Below are positions 1 through 9,389 of a DNA stretch of 64,000 bases, one piece after another. The notes under the pieces were generated by a model that saw nothing but the letters and a program-made list of their open reading frames with translations, did not search any database and was not told the origin of the DNA. The position numbers were made by a program, and so were the translations under genes. Source of the DNA: Bacillales bacterium UBA4855 (GTDB lineage: Bacteria > Bacillota_I > Bacilli_A > RFN20 > CAG-826); contig DHEH01000010.1 of the NCBI GenBank assembly GCA_002399785.1, forward strand, positions 134,833 through 198,832, in the 5' to 3' direction. Every line of letters begins with the position of its first letter. Position 1 is the stretch's first letter.

Positions 1-6
1 TTAAAA

Positions 7-1560
7 TTAATCAACTTTTGTTACTTTAAATTGATAATCAATATGATTTTTATAAGTGTGACAATCAAAATACCCATAAAAATTTACAATTTTTTTGTCA
101 GTAATAGTTTTATCATAATTAAAATAAATAAGAGTAGAATTCATCGATAACCTCGTAATAATATGCTTGTTATCTTTACTAAAATGCAGTTGATTTTCAG
201 CAAAATTATCTATTTTAAACAAAATTTGTTTATTTCCTTGCCCAAAAGGTCCAAAGCTTCTATAAATCTCAAAATTCTTACTATTAATATCCATAGATGA
301 AATAATTATTGGCTGAATTTCATTTTGTTCAAATGGATATTCAGAAGCTAATTCATTAAATCTAGTTTTAAATTCTTCAAAACTACTTTCTTTTATTGAA
401 AGACCTCCAGCCATCGCATGGCCTCCATTAGATAACAATAAATCATTTAACGATTCATAACATTTAATAATATTAAAACCAGGCTTGCTTCTAGCACTTC
501 CTTTAAGTGTACCATCGTTGGCTTTTGTAAAAATTACAGTTGGTTTATCAAAAGCATTCATTAATCGATTCGCAATCAATCCTATTAATCCTTCACCGAC
601 ATCAACAATTTCAACAATTGCATTTCCTTTACTATTATATTTATCAATATCAGTATCTGTTAAAAAATCAGCAATTGTATCTTTTCTCTTATTATTTATT
701 GATTCAATCCGTTCTACACGTTTAGGAAAAAGCTCAGGTTTATCGGTAGTAAAATAACGAACAACATTAAATATTGAATTATCTTCACACATACGACCAA
801 TCGCATTAATTTTAGGAGCTACTATTCCGCCAATAATTTCTTCAGTATAAAAACCATCGCATTTTGCCAGTAAGTCAATATTGAGATACCTATTCTCATT
901 TAGTAATTTTAAGCCTAAGCGAACTAATTCACGATTATAATCTTTCAACTCCATCATATCGCTTATTGTTGAAATGGCTCCCAAAACACATAAATAAGGA
1001 TCATCATAATTTAAAAAAGCACGAGAAAAGAAAAAAGAAACTCCGCCAGCACTAAGAAAAATTTTGCCAAATTCACTTACAGTTGGATGTAAAATATATT
1101 TCGCCTTAGGCAAAACATCTAATGGAGTATGGTGATCGATAATAACACATTCCATATCAATAGAATTTAAATAATCTACTTCATCAACTAAAGTTATTCC
1201 GTTATCAACACAAATAATTAAAGAATATCCCAAAGATTTAAAATAATTGATTTTCTCTCTAGATAAGCCATACCCATCATGAACACGATTAGGAACATAA
1301 TAACCAACTTTGTAACCTTTTTTTGCAAAAGAATTAAATAAAATAGATGTTGACATTACTCCATCACAATCATAATCGCCATAAATCAAAATTTTCGCAT
1401 TTTGGTTCATTTTCTCATTCAAATATTTTATTAAAGAATCCATATCTTTGAAGTTATATGGACTTGGTAAAAGATCAAATGATGGTTCTTGTGTTAAAGT
1501 AGAATATTCATCATAAGTTAAATGATAATAATTTAATAATTTGTCTAAAAAATTTTCCAT
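7..1560 (-). CDS. recJ: ssDNA-specific exonuclease RecJ (DHH family)
   Basis: Motifs YGDYDCDG, CVDNG, IIDHH, GSARS and GGHAMAGG; lies downstream of secDF as in Bacilli. Confidence 0.92.
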   Translation of the reverse strand: MENFLDKLLNYYHLTYDEYSTLTQEPSFDLLPSPYNFKDMDSLIKYLNEKMNQNAKILIYGDYDCDGVMSTSILFNSFAKKGYKVGYYVPNRVHDGYGLSREKINYFKSLGYSLIICVDNGITLVDEVDYLNSIDMECVIIDHHTPLDVLPKAKYILHPTVSEFGKIFLSAGGVSFFFSRAFLNYDDPYLCVLGAISTISDMMELKDYNRELVRLGLKLLNENRYLNIDLLAKCDGFYTEEIIGGIVAPKINAIGRMCEDNSIFNVVRYFTTDKPELFPKRVERIESINNKRKDTIADFLTDTDIDKYNSKGNAIVEIVDVGEGLIGLIANRLMNAFDKPTVIFTKANDGTLKGSARSKPGFNIIKCYESLNDLLLSNGGHAMAGGLSIKESSFEEFKTRFNELASEYPFEQNEIQPIIISSMDINSKNFEIYRSFGPFGQGNKQILFKIDNFAENQLHFSKDNKHIITRLSMNSTLIYFNYDKTITDKKIVNFYGYFDCHTYKNHIDYQFKVTKVD

Positions 1561-1574
1561 ATACTTTTAATAAA

Positions 1575-1602
1575 AATAAAGGGACAAGTTAAATGTCCCT
1601 TA
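1575..1602 (-). terminator. probable intrinsic terminator after secDF
   Basis: AGGGACA/TGTCCCT hairpin followed by a T-rich tract on the minus strand. Confidence 0.55.
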
Positions 1603-1604
1603 AA

Positions 1605-4415
1605 TTAATCGTTTATACCCGTAAAAACAGCTTCTTCAGGACCTTCGGACCCATCTTTTGAATTTTGTTTTTTCTTATTAGGTTTGATTCTTGTGAATGA
1701 CGAACCAATTCTTTTTATACCCGTTTCAGTTCCTTTTTCTAATGGAATTGATACATATCTTGAAACTAAGACATTAATTATCATTCCAACAATAATTAGC
1801 ATTAATAAATACTTATCAACACTTAAAGCGAACAATAATGTTATGATTGTAAAACTAGCAATAAAGGAAGTTGTTTTAACAAAATTATATGATAGGTTAT
1901 CACATAAAGCATACGCTTCATCACGTTTTGCGAAATCAGACTTAAATAATGTGGCGCTTTCTTTATATTTCTCTTTTCTATTAAGGAAATAAACTTCAAA
2001 AACTAAAAGCGTAAATACAGCTAATAATAAAGCTCCAATTGCTATAACAGCACCGAATGGACCGCGAATTAACGAAAACACACCAAGAGTAATTAATATT
2101 CCACCAAATGAGAGAAATAAACTGACCAATCCTTTTGATAATCCAAATCTAATTGAAATATACACAAATGAAATAGCTAAGCCTATCCCTAAATAGATAA
2201 ATACATAATTAACATAAGAATTAACATCGTTTAGATAAACTTCTTTAATTGAAATATCATCAATTTGAATGATTGGTATAACTCCAATACCGGCAGTGAA
2301 ATATTGTTCAAAAGCGGTTGTTAATGTAACTTTTGACCAATCTCCAACAGTTGCGCTTCCAGAATTATAATAAACTTCGCTGTTTTCACTTAACGCAGTA
2401 CCGAGATCAAAAACATAAAATAATTCTTTTTGAGAAGTACCGTTATTTTCATATGTTTTATAGTAATAATCTAAAGTGACATTTGATGATAAAGGAGTTT
2501 TTCCATCTGCACTCTTACTAAAATACGTATTAAAATTATCTGAAATGTCGGTAGCATAGTTTGTAATTTCGTTATCAGACTCTGTTGTAAGAACTTGTCT
2601 AATAAAAACTTGCGAACTTTGTTGACTCGAAGAAGAATTAAATATATTCCCATTGATTGATCCAAAAACACTGATTCCGATAACACTTGCAATTAATAAA
2701 ACTGCCGTTCCAATCGAATAAATATTAACAGTTTTTTTCTTAGTAGCTTGTTTGAAAGGCTCAAAATATGTTGGTTTTTCATCCTTTGATAAATCAGGAA
2801 TTAACTTTTTATCAAGAGATAATAATTGAGGATTTCTAGAAATATAATTTGAATTATATATAAACCAAGCAATACCTTTAAGAACTACAGCATTAATTAA
2901 AAGAAGAAGAGGGCTGCCAATCGCTAATAAAACGCCAAATGAAGATATTGCATCATTTGGAATCAAATAAGCGGTAAAACCAAGTATTAAACCAATTATT
3001 GTAGTATCAAGCGTATACCAAAATGCTTTATTAGATCCATCTTGATAAGCTTTTTTATATGTTTTTCCATTGTAAATTTCTTTCTTAATTTTATTAAAGA
3101 AAGTCATAGATTGGAATAAACCCATAATAACTAAAGTCGCAAAAGCAATGATTGCACCAATATTAAACTCGACACCCAACCCATTAAATACAGCTAAAGC
3201 AAATAATGGAACACCTAAAGCGCTTAAAGTACCAAGAATGCCATTTACACCAAAATTTAATAAATAAACCAACAAAATCATTACTGCACCAATAATAGAT
3301 GCAATAAATAAAGTTGAAAGTTGAATTTTATCCATATAAACAAGGTATTCATACAAAGGAGCAACAGTATTGCTTTGTGAATCGGTATTTACATAAGAAG
3401 AGTTGATATTGGTAATTGTGTAATCATAAATCGATGAATTGAAAATATTTTTCCAAATATTTGCTATTTGGTAAGCTGTTTTTTGATCAGTAACTTGTTT
3501 TCCATAATATTTTGCACCAGTAGAATCAGAATTAATATCATAGCCACCAAAATAAATTTGTTTGAAATTATCAGCATCATCAGGTGTTGTTGTATTGTAA
3601 TTCCAATAAAAACTTTCTGGTTTTGTTGCATCAAAATCAAACAACAAATAGTTTCTTACATCGTCTTCACCGATAAAATTTGTTCCCTTATTCTCAATAA
3701 AGTCCTTTAATGTAAGACCGTTAAGCCAATTATTCATTACATAAATCTTATTTTTAGCTGCAGTTGTAGTTTCTTCCGTGGAATCATCATCAGCTTTCAA
3801 AACATGATCTAATTTAATTTTTCCGCTTGCATTTGCTTCTGAATCAGAAGAAGTTTTTTTAGCTTCTTCATAAACAGTTTTAAAATCATCACCATTATTT
3901 GCAAGAGTAATAACAACATATGGATAATTATCTTTATATTGAATCTCTGCACTTCCAGGGGTAAAAAATTTACTCTTACTAGCATCAGTTATTGTTGAAA
4001 ATGTATCTCCAACAGTTTTAGTTTCGTCATATGTAGAAGCATAAAAAGACCAATTAAATGTTAAATATTTAACAATTTTATCGTATAAATTATCATCAGC
4101 TTTAAATGTTAAATTAATTGTATCATATCCAACTTTCTCAATTTGGTAACTACTTAAATTAATAGAACTAAGTCTAGATTCAAATGTTGTAATAACACTA
4201 TCAATAGCATCTTCATTTTTTAAAATACCATCATTATTGTTTGTTCCGAGGTTTTCTCCATCTTCAGTGAACTTGTCACTAATCTTAAAAACGAACTTTT
4301 TTGAAGTTGTAAAATCAGCACTTGCGTTCATGTTTTTAACAACTGGAATAAATCCAACTCCTAAGGTTAAAGCGGCTGCTGCACATAAGGTTATAAATCC
4401 AATAAATCTTTTCAT
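1605..4415 (-). CDS. secDF: divergent fused SecD/SecF protein translocase subunit
   Basis: RND-like topology (TM, large extracellular domain, 5 TM, repeated); SecD-like segments 'IDSVITTFESRL' and 'KIKKEI..GK...AYQDG'; ruvAB-secDF-recJ synteny. Confidence 0.72.
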   Translation of the reverse strand: MKRFIGFITLCAAAALTLGVGFIPVVKNMNASADFTTSKKFVFKISDKFTEDGENLGTNNNDGILKNEDAIDSVITTFESRLSSINLSSYQIEKVGYDTINLTFKADDNLYDKIVKYLTFNWSFYASTYDETKTVGDTFSTITDASKSKFFTPGSAEIQYKDNYPYVVITLANNGDDFKTVYEEAKKTSSDSEANASGKIKLDHVLKADDDSTEETTTAAKNKIYVMNNWLNGLTLKDFIENKGTNFIGEDDVRNYLLFDFDATKPESFYWNYNTTTPDDADNFKQIYFGGYDINSDSTGAKYYGKQVTDQKTAYQIANIWKNIFNSSIYDYTITNINSSYVNTDSQSNTVAPLYEYLVYMDKIQLSTLFIASIIGAVMILLVYLLNFGVNGILGTLSALGVPLFALAVFNGLGVEFNIGAIIAFATLVIMGLFQSMTFFNKIKKEIYNGKTYKKAYQDGSNKAFWYTLDTTIIGLILGFTAYLIPNDAISSFGVLLAIGSPLLLLINAVVLKGIAWFIYNSNYISRNPQLLSLDKKLIPDLSKDEKPTYFEPFKQATKKKTVNIYSIGTAVLLIASVIGISVFGSINGNIFNSSSSQQSSQVFIRQVLTTESDNEITNYATDISDNFNTYFSKSADGKTPLSSNVTLDYYYKTYENNGTSQKELFYVFDLGTALSENSEVYYNSGSATVGDWSKVTLTTAFEQYFTAGIGVIPIIQIDDISIKEVYLNDVNSYVNYVFIYLGIGLAISFVYISIRFGLSKGLVSLFLSFGGILITLGVFSLIRGPFGAVIAIGALLLAVFTLLVFEVYFLNRKEKYKESATLFKSDFAKRDEAYALCDNLSYNFVKTTSFIASFTIITLLFALSVDKYLLMLIIVGMIINVLVSRYVSIPLEKGTETGIKRIGSSFTRIKPNKKKQNSKDGSEGPEEAVFTGIND

Positions 4416-4533
4416 CTAACATCTCCTGCTTTATAAATATAATTTATAAAATAATTTTTATACGTTTAATACTATACATTAAATAGCCTAAATTAACAAC
4501 TAAATAAACTTCCCGGAAAGTTTCGAAAACCAA

Positions 4534-5496
4534 TTATTGTGGCGAAAAAATTGATTTATATTTTTCGACACCTTTTTTGGTTAAAATTCTTCCTCTTTTT
4601 GTTCGTTCAATATAACCAGAACTAACCAAAAAAGGTTCGTTTATTTCTCTTATATTTAATGGATTTTCATTAATTAAATTTGCGATAGATTCTAATGATA
4701 CTGGTGTGGTTTTGTAATTAATGTACATCGCTTTAATTATATCGATATCATCGTCATTTAGGCCATCACTATCAATATGTAAAAATTCAAATGCGTCACC
4801 TAATTTTTTAATACTTAAATCTTCAATTTTTTTAAATATTATATAATCAAATACTCGTTTCAAAATGTTATTCGCAACACGTGGTGTTTGACGACTTCTT
4901 TTTGCGATTTCAAAACACTCTTCATTCGTAATATTTATTTCTAAAATTTTTGAATTATTTAAAACTATTTCCGAAATTTCTTCTACTGAATAATAATTAA
5001 ACTTAAACACTATTCCAAAACGTTCTCTTAACGGAATACTTAATAGTCCTGCCATAGTAGTTGCACCAATCAATGTAAAGGGGGAAATATTGATTGATAA
5101 TGCTTTAACATTTTCTTCGGTTTTGTATGTTATATTTAACTTAAAATCTTCCAATACAGAATACAAAGTTTCTTCAATTGATTTATCCAATCTATGAATT
5201 TCATCAATAAATAAAATATCACCAGCATTTAAAGTTGAAAGAATCGAAGCTAAATCGCCAGGTTTAGCTAATGTTGGAGCACTTATTGCCACAATATTAG
5301 CTTTCAGTTCATTCGCCACGATATTCGCTAAAGTCGTTTTTCCTAGACCTGGCGGACCATAAAATAACATATGATCAATAGCACAACTCCTCTTTTTAGC
5401 ACTATAAAGATAGGCTCGTAATCTTTTCACAATATCTTTTTGACCAAAAAATTTACTTAATTTTATCGGTCTTAAAGTATTCTCATTTTTAGCCAT
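4534..5496 (-). CDS. ruvB: Holliday junction branch migration helicase RuvB
   Basis: LRP N-terminus, GPPGLGKTT Walker A, FIDEIHR, GATT, RTKRGR. Confidence 0.97.
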   Translation of the reverse strand: MAKNENTLRPIKLSKFFGQKDIVKRLRAYLYSAKKRSCAIDHMLFYGPPGLGKTTLANIVANELKANIVAISAPTLAKPGDLASILSTLNAGDILFIDEIHRLDKSIEETLYSVLEDFKLNITYKTEENVKALSINISPFTLIGATTMAGLLSIPLRERFGIVFKFNYYSVEEISEIVLNNSKILEINITNEECFEIAKRSRQTPRVANNILKRVFDYIIFKKIEDLSIKKLGDAFEFLHIDSDGLNDDDIDIIKAMYINYKTTPVSLESIANLINENPLNIREINEPFLVSSGYIERTKRGRILTKKGVEKYKSIFSPQ

Positions 5497-6043
5497 TTTG
5501 AATTATCCTTAAGCATTGTTTTACCGCTTCATCACATGTTAAACCACTACTAATTCTACAAACAGCATTATTAATCTGTTGATTATTAAACCCAAGATTT
5601 TTTAAAGCACTATAAACAGGTTCGTACTCAAAAATTCCAATATCAAATTCTTTCATTTTATTGTTTAATTCATAAACGATGCTTTGCCCTTTGTTACATG
5701 CTCCAGAGATATTGTTTATCGACTCAATCATTCTATTTTTAATATAATAAATTAGTGCGTTTAAATCGGAATTTTTTAAAATATTCATTGCTGTTTTTGG
5801 TCCGATTCCATTGACTGTGATTAATTTGGAAAAAAGCAACGATTCTTCGTTTTTTAAAAACCCATAAAGATTTATTCCTTCCTCTTCTCTAAATAAATCA
5901 ATCACAAAAATTTTATAAAGTTCATTCACTTTATAATTATTTTTATTAATTATAAAAATTTTAAATCCAAAACCATCATTTACAAAAAAATGAATATAGT
6001 TTTGTTTTATGTCGGCAACTCTACCTACTAAAAAACTGAACAT
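5489..6043 (-). CDS. ruvA: Holliday junction branch migration protein RuvA
   Basis: LYGF motif, VNGIGPKTA helix-hairpin-helix, ALKNLGF C-terminal domain; adjacent to ruvB. Confidence 0.93.
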   Translation of the reverse strand: MFSFLVGRVADIKQNYIHFFVNDGFGFKIFIINKNNYKVNELYKIFVIDLFREEEGINLYGFLKNEESLLFSKLITVNGIGPKTAMNILKNSDLNALIYYIKNRMIESINNISGACNKGQSIVYELNNKMKEFDIGIFEYEPVYSALKNLGFNNQQINNAVCRISSGLTCDEAVKQCLRIIQNG

Positions 6044-6060
6044 AGTTTTTTAATGAGAAA

Positions 6061-7338
6061 TTATTCAAAATATTCGAATTCAAAATCTTCTAATTTGATT
6101 GTATCGCCGTTCTTTGCACCCATTTTATGAAGTTTGTTATCAACACCAATTTTTTCTAAGTATTGAATTAACTTTAACATACCTTCTTCTTCAGTAATGT
6201 TGATTAAATGGTAAGTTCTTAAAACCCTCTCACCAGTAATAACATATGTATGTTCATCGACTTTTTTAATATCAAATATATCGGCAGTCTTTGTTAAATC
6301 ATAAGTTTCTTCTTCATCGTTTTCGTCATAAACTGGATAAGTTTTTGCTGTTTGTAATAAATCTGCAACCTTATATAACACTAAATCAAGATTCTTTCCT
6401 TCTAAAGAGCTAATCGAATAAACTTCGACGCCATGTTTTTTCATTGTTTTTTTAAATTTATTAAATTTTTCTTCAGCTTCAGGGCTATCAACTTTACTAC
6501 CAACAACCACTTCTGGTCTGTCAATAAGATGCATTCCGTAATCCTTTAATTCATCACGGATTGCCTTATAATCTTTATACGGATCTCTATCGCTATCCAT
6601 ATCAACTAAATGAATTAAAACTCTTGTTCTTTCAATGTGTTTTAAGAAAGATAAACCTAATCCTTTTCCTAAATGTGCTCCTTTAATTAATCCTGGCATA
6701 TCAGCCAAGACAAAACTTCTTCCGTCTTTTAAATAAGTGACACCAAGATTAGGTACTAAAGTTGTGAAATCATAATCACCGATTTCAGCTTTAGAATTCG
6801 TTACACAAGATATAAATGTTGATTTTCCAACACTTGGAAATCCAATGATTCCTACATCAGCTAACAATTTTAATTCAACAACAATTTTTTTCTTATCGCC
6901 AGGAAGTCCGTTTTCAGCAATTTTTGGTGCCTTGTTTCTTGGAGTCTTAAAACAAGCATTGCCACGACCTCCACGACCACCTTTACAGAGCAAAAATATT
7001 TTACCTGGTTCATCTAAATCACAAATAAATTTTTTTGTATCGCTTGAAAATACAACCGATCCGACAGGAAGATCAATATAAAGATCTTCACCTTTACGAC
7101 CGTATAAATTTTTAATATCTCCATTTTCTCCGTCAGGAGCATAAAAAGTTTTAGCATGACGATAATTTACAAGCGTTGAAGTTGTCTTGCTAGCTCTTAA
7201 ATAAATTGAACCACCACGACCACCATTTCCGCCATCAGGACCGCCATTTGGTCTATTTTTTTCATGAAGAAAAGATAAACGTCCATTTCCTCCGTTTCCA
7301 CTACGACAATCTAATATAGCTCTATCCACAAATAACAT
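6061..7338 (-). CDS. obg: GTPase Obg/CgtA
   Basis: Gly-rich Obg domain, GFPSVGKST, FTTLVPNLG, DMPG; follows rpmA. Confidence 0.97.
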   Translation of the reverse strand: MLFVDRAILDCRSGNGGNGRLSFLHEKNRPNGGPDGGNGGRGGSIYLRASKTTSTLVNYRHAKTFYAPDGENGDIKNLYGRKGEDLYIDLPVGSVVFSSDTKKFICDLDEPGKIFLLCKGGRGGRGNACFKTPRNKAPKIAENGLPGDKKKIVVELKLLADVGIIGFPSVGKSTFISCVTNSKAEIGDYDFTTLVPNLGVTYLKDGRSFVLADMPGLIKGAHLGKGLGLSFLKHIERTRVLIHLVDMDSDRDPYKDYKAIRDELKDYGMHLIDRPEVVVGSKVDSPEAEEKFNKFKKTMKKHGVEVYSISSLEGKNLDLVLYKVADLLQTAKTYPVYDENDEEETYDLTKTADIFDIKKVDEHTYVITGERVLRTYHLINITEEEGMLKLIQYLEKIGVDNKLHKMGAKNGDTIKLEDFEFEYFE

Positions 7339-7361
7339 ATTTTTACTCTCTAATTATAAAT

Positions 7362-7394
7362 AAAAACCACCCACAGTAGCACTGCAGGTGGTTA
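7362..7394 (-). terminator. probable terminator after rpmA
   Basis: AACCACC...GGTGGTT hairpin with a T-tract on the minus strand. Confidence 0.55.
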
Positions 7395-7398
7395 TAAA

Positions 7399-7692
7399 TT
7401 ATTTGGCTAATTCGTAAACGCTAACACGTTTTTTATCTTTACCAACTCTTTCAAATTTGACTACACCAGCTTTGGTAGCGAAGATTGTATCATCTCCACC
7501 CTTAGCAGTATTAATCCCTGGGTAAATTTTAGTTCCGCGTTGTCTATAAATAATAGCACCTGCTTTGCAAACTTCACCATCACCAAGTTTTGAACCTAAT
7601 CTACGACCAGCAGAATCACGGCCGTTTTTAGTACTTCCAACACCTTTATGTGATGCGAATAATTGTAAATCTAGTACAAATCTTAATTCCAT
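7399..7692 (-). CDS. rpmA: 50S ribosomal protein L27 with cleavable N-terminal extension
   Basis: [12 protein letters not shown]|[15 protein letters not shown]; start moved from the ORF track to ATG 7692. Confidence 0.97.
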   Translation of the reverse strand: MELRFVLDLQLFASHKGVGSTKNGRDSAGRRLGSKLGDGEVCKAGAIIYRQRGTKIYPGINTAKGGDDTIFATKAGVVKFERVGKDKKRVSVYELAK

Positions 7693-7696
7693 ATTA

Positions 7697-8011
7697 TTAT
7701 TCCATCCTTTCATCAATAATTGATAATTCTTTTTGATGATCTTTTCGAATAGATTCAAGTTGAATTCGGATTGTTTCGATAACAATTTTGTCATGATTGT
7801 TTGGCAACTTATGAGCTATACACTCAACATCACCAGATTCGATTGAGATTTTAAAGTATTCAATATTCTTTAAAGCGTTCAATCCGCCAATTACTATAGC
7901 GCTAATAGCACTACATACAATATCTTTACCGATTTCATCAAATTCAGCGTGACCCTTAACGGAAAACCCGTAAAAATCATCATCTTTTTTGTAAAAAACT
8001 GCTTTAACCAT
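7697..8011 (-). CDS. prp: ribosomal-processing cysteine protease Prp
   Basis: GHA and DIVCSAIS motifs; lies between rplU and rpmA. Confidence 0.93.
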   Translation of the reverse strand: MVKAVFYKKDDDFYGFSVKGHAEFDEIGKDIVCSAISAIVIGGLNALKNIEYFKISIESGDVECIAHKLPNNHDKIVIETIRIQLESIRKDHQKELSIIDERME

Positions 8012-8319
8012 TATGCATTAATACTTTTAATAGTTAAACAAGTATATGGTTGTCTATGACCAATTGTCTTATGATAATTAGCCTTAGCTTTATACTTATA
8101 GACTTTGATCTTTTTGCCTAAGCCTTGTTTCTCAACAGTAGCAACTACAGTTGCACCTTTAATTGTTGGGTTACCAGTTGTAATGGTTTTGTCACCAATT
8201 AAAAGAACATCCTTAAATGTGTAGTCTTTTCCAGTCTCAGCATCAAGTTTTTCAACATAGATTTTTTGACCAACTTCTACTTTAAGTTGCTTTCCGCCAG
8301 ATAAAATTATAGCGTACAT
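8011..8319 (-). CDS. rplU: 50S ribosomal protein L21
   Basis: MYAII..GGKQ.KV N-terminus and GHRQPYT C-terminus. Confidence 0.98.
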   Translation of the reverse strand: MYAIILSGGKQLKVEVGQKIYVEKLDAETGKDYTFKDVLLIGDKTITTGNPTIKGATVVATVEKQGLGKKIKVYKYKAKANYHKTIGHRQPYTCLTIKSINA

Positions 8320-8329
8320 TTTGCTTCCT

Positions 8330-8423
8330 CCTTATTTCGTAAATTACTCGCTTTTAAGGTAAATCTAAATTAGAATGTTTACGACCTTTTTAATGCGGTT
8401 GTAGCTAATAACGAGTTACAACG
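8330..8423 (-). promoter_or_regulatory. L21 ribosomal protein leader RNA (putative)
   Basis: 5' UTR of rplU with hairpin GTTGTA..TACAAC followed by CGCA..AGGT...ACCT..GCGAG, the pattern of Firmicutes L21 leaders. Confidence 0.6.
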
Positions 8424-8429
8424 TTAATG

Positions 8430-8459
8430 AATATACCATAAAGTTGTACTATTTGTCAA
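8430..8459 (-). promoter_or_regulatory. sigma-A promoter of the rplU operon
   Basis: TTGACA (8459-8454), 18-nt spacer, TGn-TATATT (8435-8430). Confidence 0.7.
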
Positions 8460-8484
8460 ATATTTAGATTATATATAATAATAA

Positions 8485-9164
8485 TTAGCTCAATAGTTTG
8501 TTTTCAAAAAAACTAAAATATGAAAATCGATTTATTATAATGTGATCTAATAATTTTATTCCGGTTTTATCGAGCATCTTGTTCAGTTCATACGTTGAAT
8601 ATACATCATTATTTGATGGTATAATTTCATCATTAAGATGATTATGAATTAAAATTATTTTGTTTGTACCGATTTTAACTAACTTTCCAATTAGTTCTTT
8701 AGATGAAAAATATATGTTATTTTTGTTGTTGCTTACAAAACAAAATTCTTCAATACGTTTTTCGTTTTTGTAAGCTAAAATCATTAGTTTTTCTTCTCTA
8801 GTATTTAAATATTTAAAAGAAAATTCTATACTTATTTTCATTGGGGAATAATCCTTAATTTTTAAATTTTGACAGATAATTGAAATAATTCTTTGAGTTA
8901 ATTCAAATGAAGATAAAAGGGTTAATATTCTGGCCTTGGATAAGCCTCTTTCTTTATTTAAATCATCATAATTAATTTTACTTAAATAAACGATGCTGTC
9001 GTTATTTTTTAGTAAATTATTAGCAATATCAAGTGATGAATTGCCACGAATACCACTTGAAATCAAAAGAGCAATCAATTCACTATCGCTTAAGTTATTA
9101 ATACCTTTTTTAATAGTTTTTTTCTTGGTCTACATTCTTCTACTAGATCTTGAATTCGACTCAT
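8485..9164 (-). pseudogene. radC: RadC/JAB-domain protein, frameshifted
   Basis: N-terminus MSRIQDLVEECRPR.KLL (ATG 9164) is out of frame with GINNLSDSELIALLI across A-runs at 9106-9123; JAB motif degenerate (HNHLND for HNHPSG). Confidence 0.75.
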
Positions 9165-9344
9165 CTACTTCCATGTGAAAGACCATCCACCAGGAATTTT
9201 GACTGATCCATTTTTACTTTTAAATAACTGATAAATAATAACTGCGACAACTGCAATAGCCATAACTGCTAAAACGGCCGTTAAAGTTATTGCTTCACCA
9301 GGTGAAGTTAAAAGTTCAACATCATTTAATGGAATTTTTCTCAT
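9165..9344 (-). CDS. 59-aa small single-TM protein/peptide (not in ORF track)
   Basis: GGAGG RBS upstream of the ATG; MRKIPLNDVELLTSPGEAITLTAVLAVMAIAVVAVIIYQLFKSKNGSVKIPGGWSFTWK*; stop codon abuts the radC start. Confidence 0.8.
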   Translation of the reverse strand: MRKIPLNDVELLTSPGEAITLTAVLAVMAIAVVAVIIYQLFKSKNGSVKIPGGWSFTWK

Positions 9345-9389
9345 TTAATTACCTCCTTACATACAAGATGCCAAAAGGAGGCAATTTTT

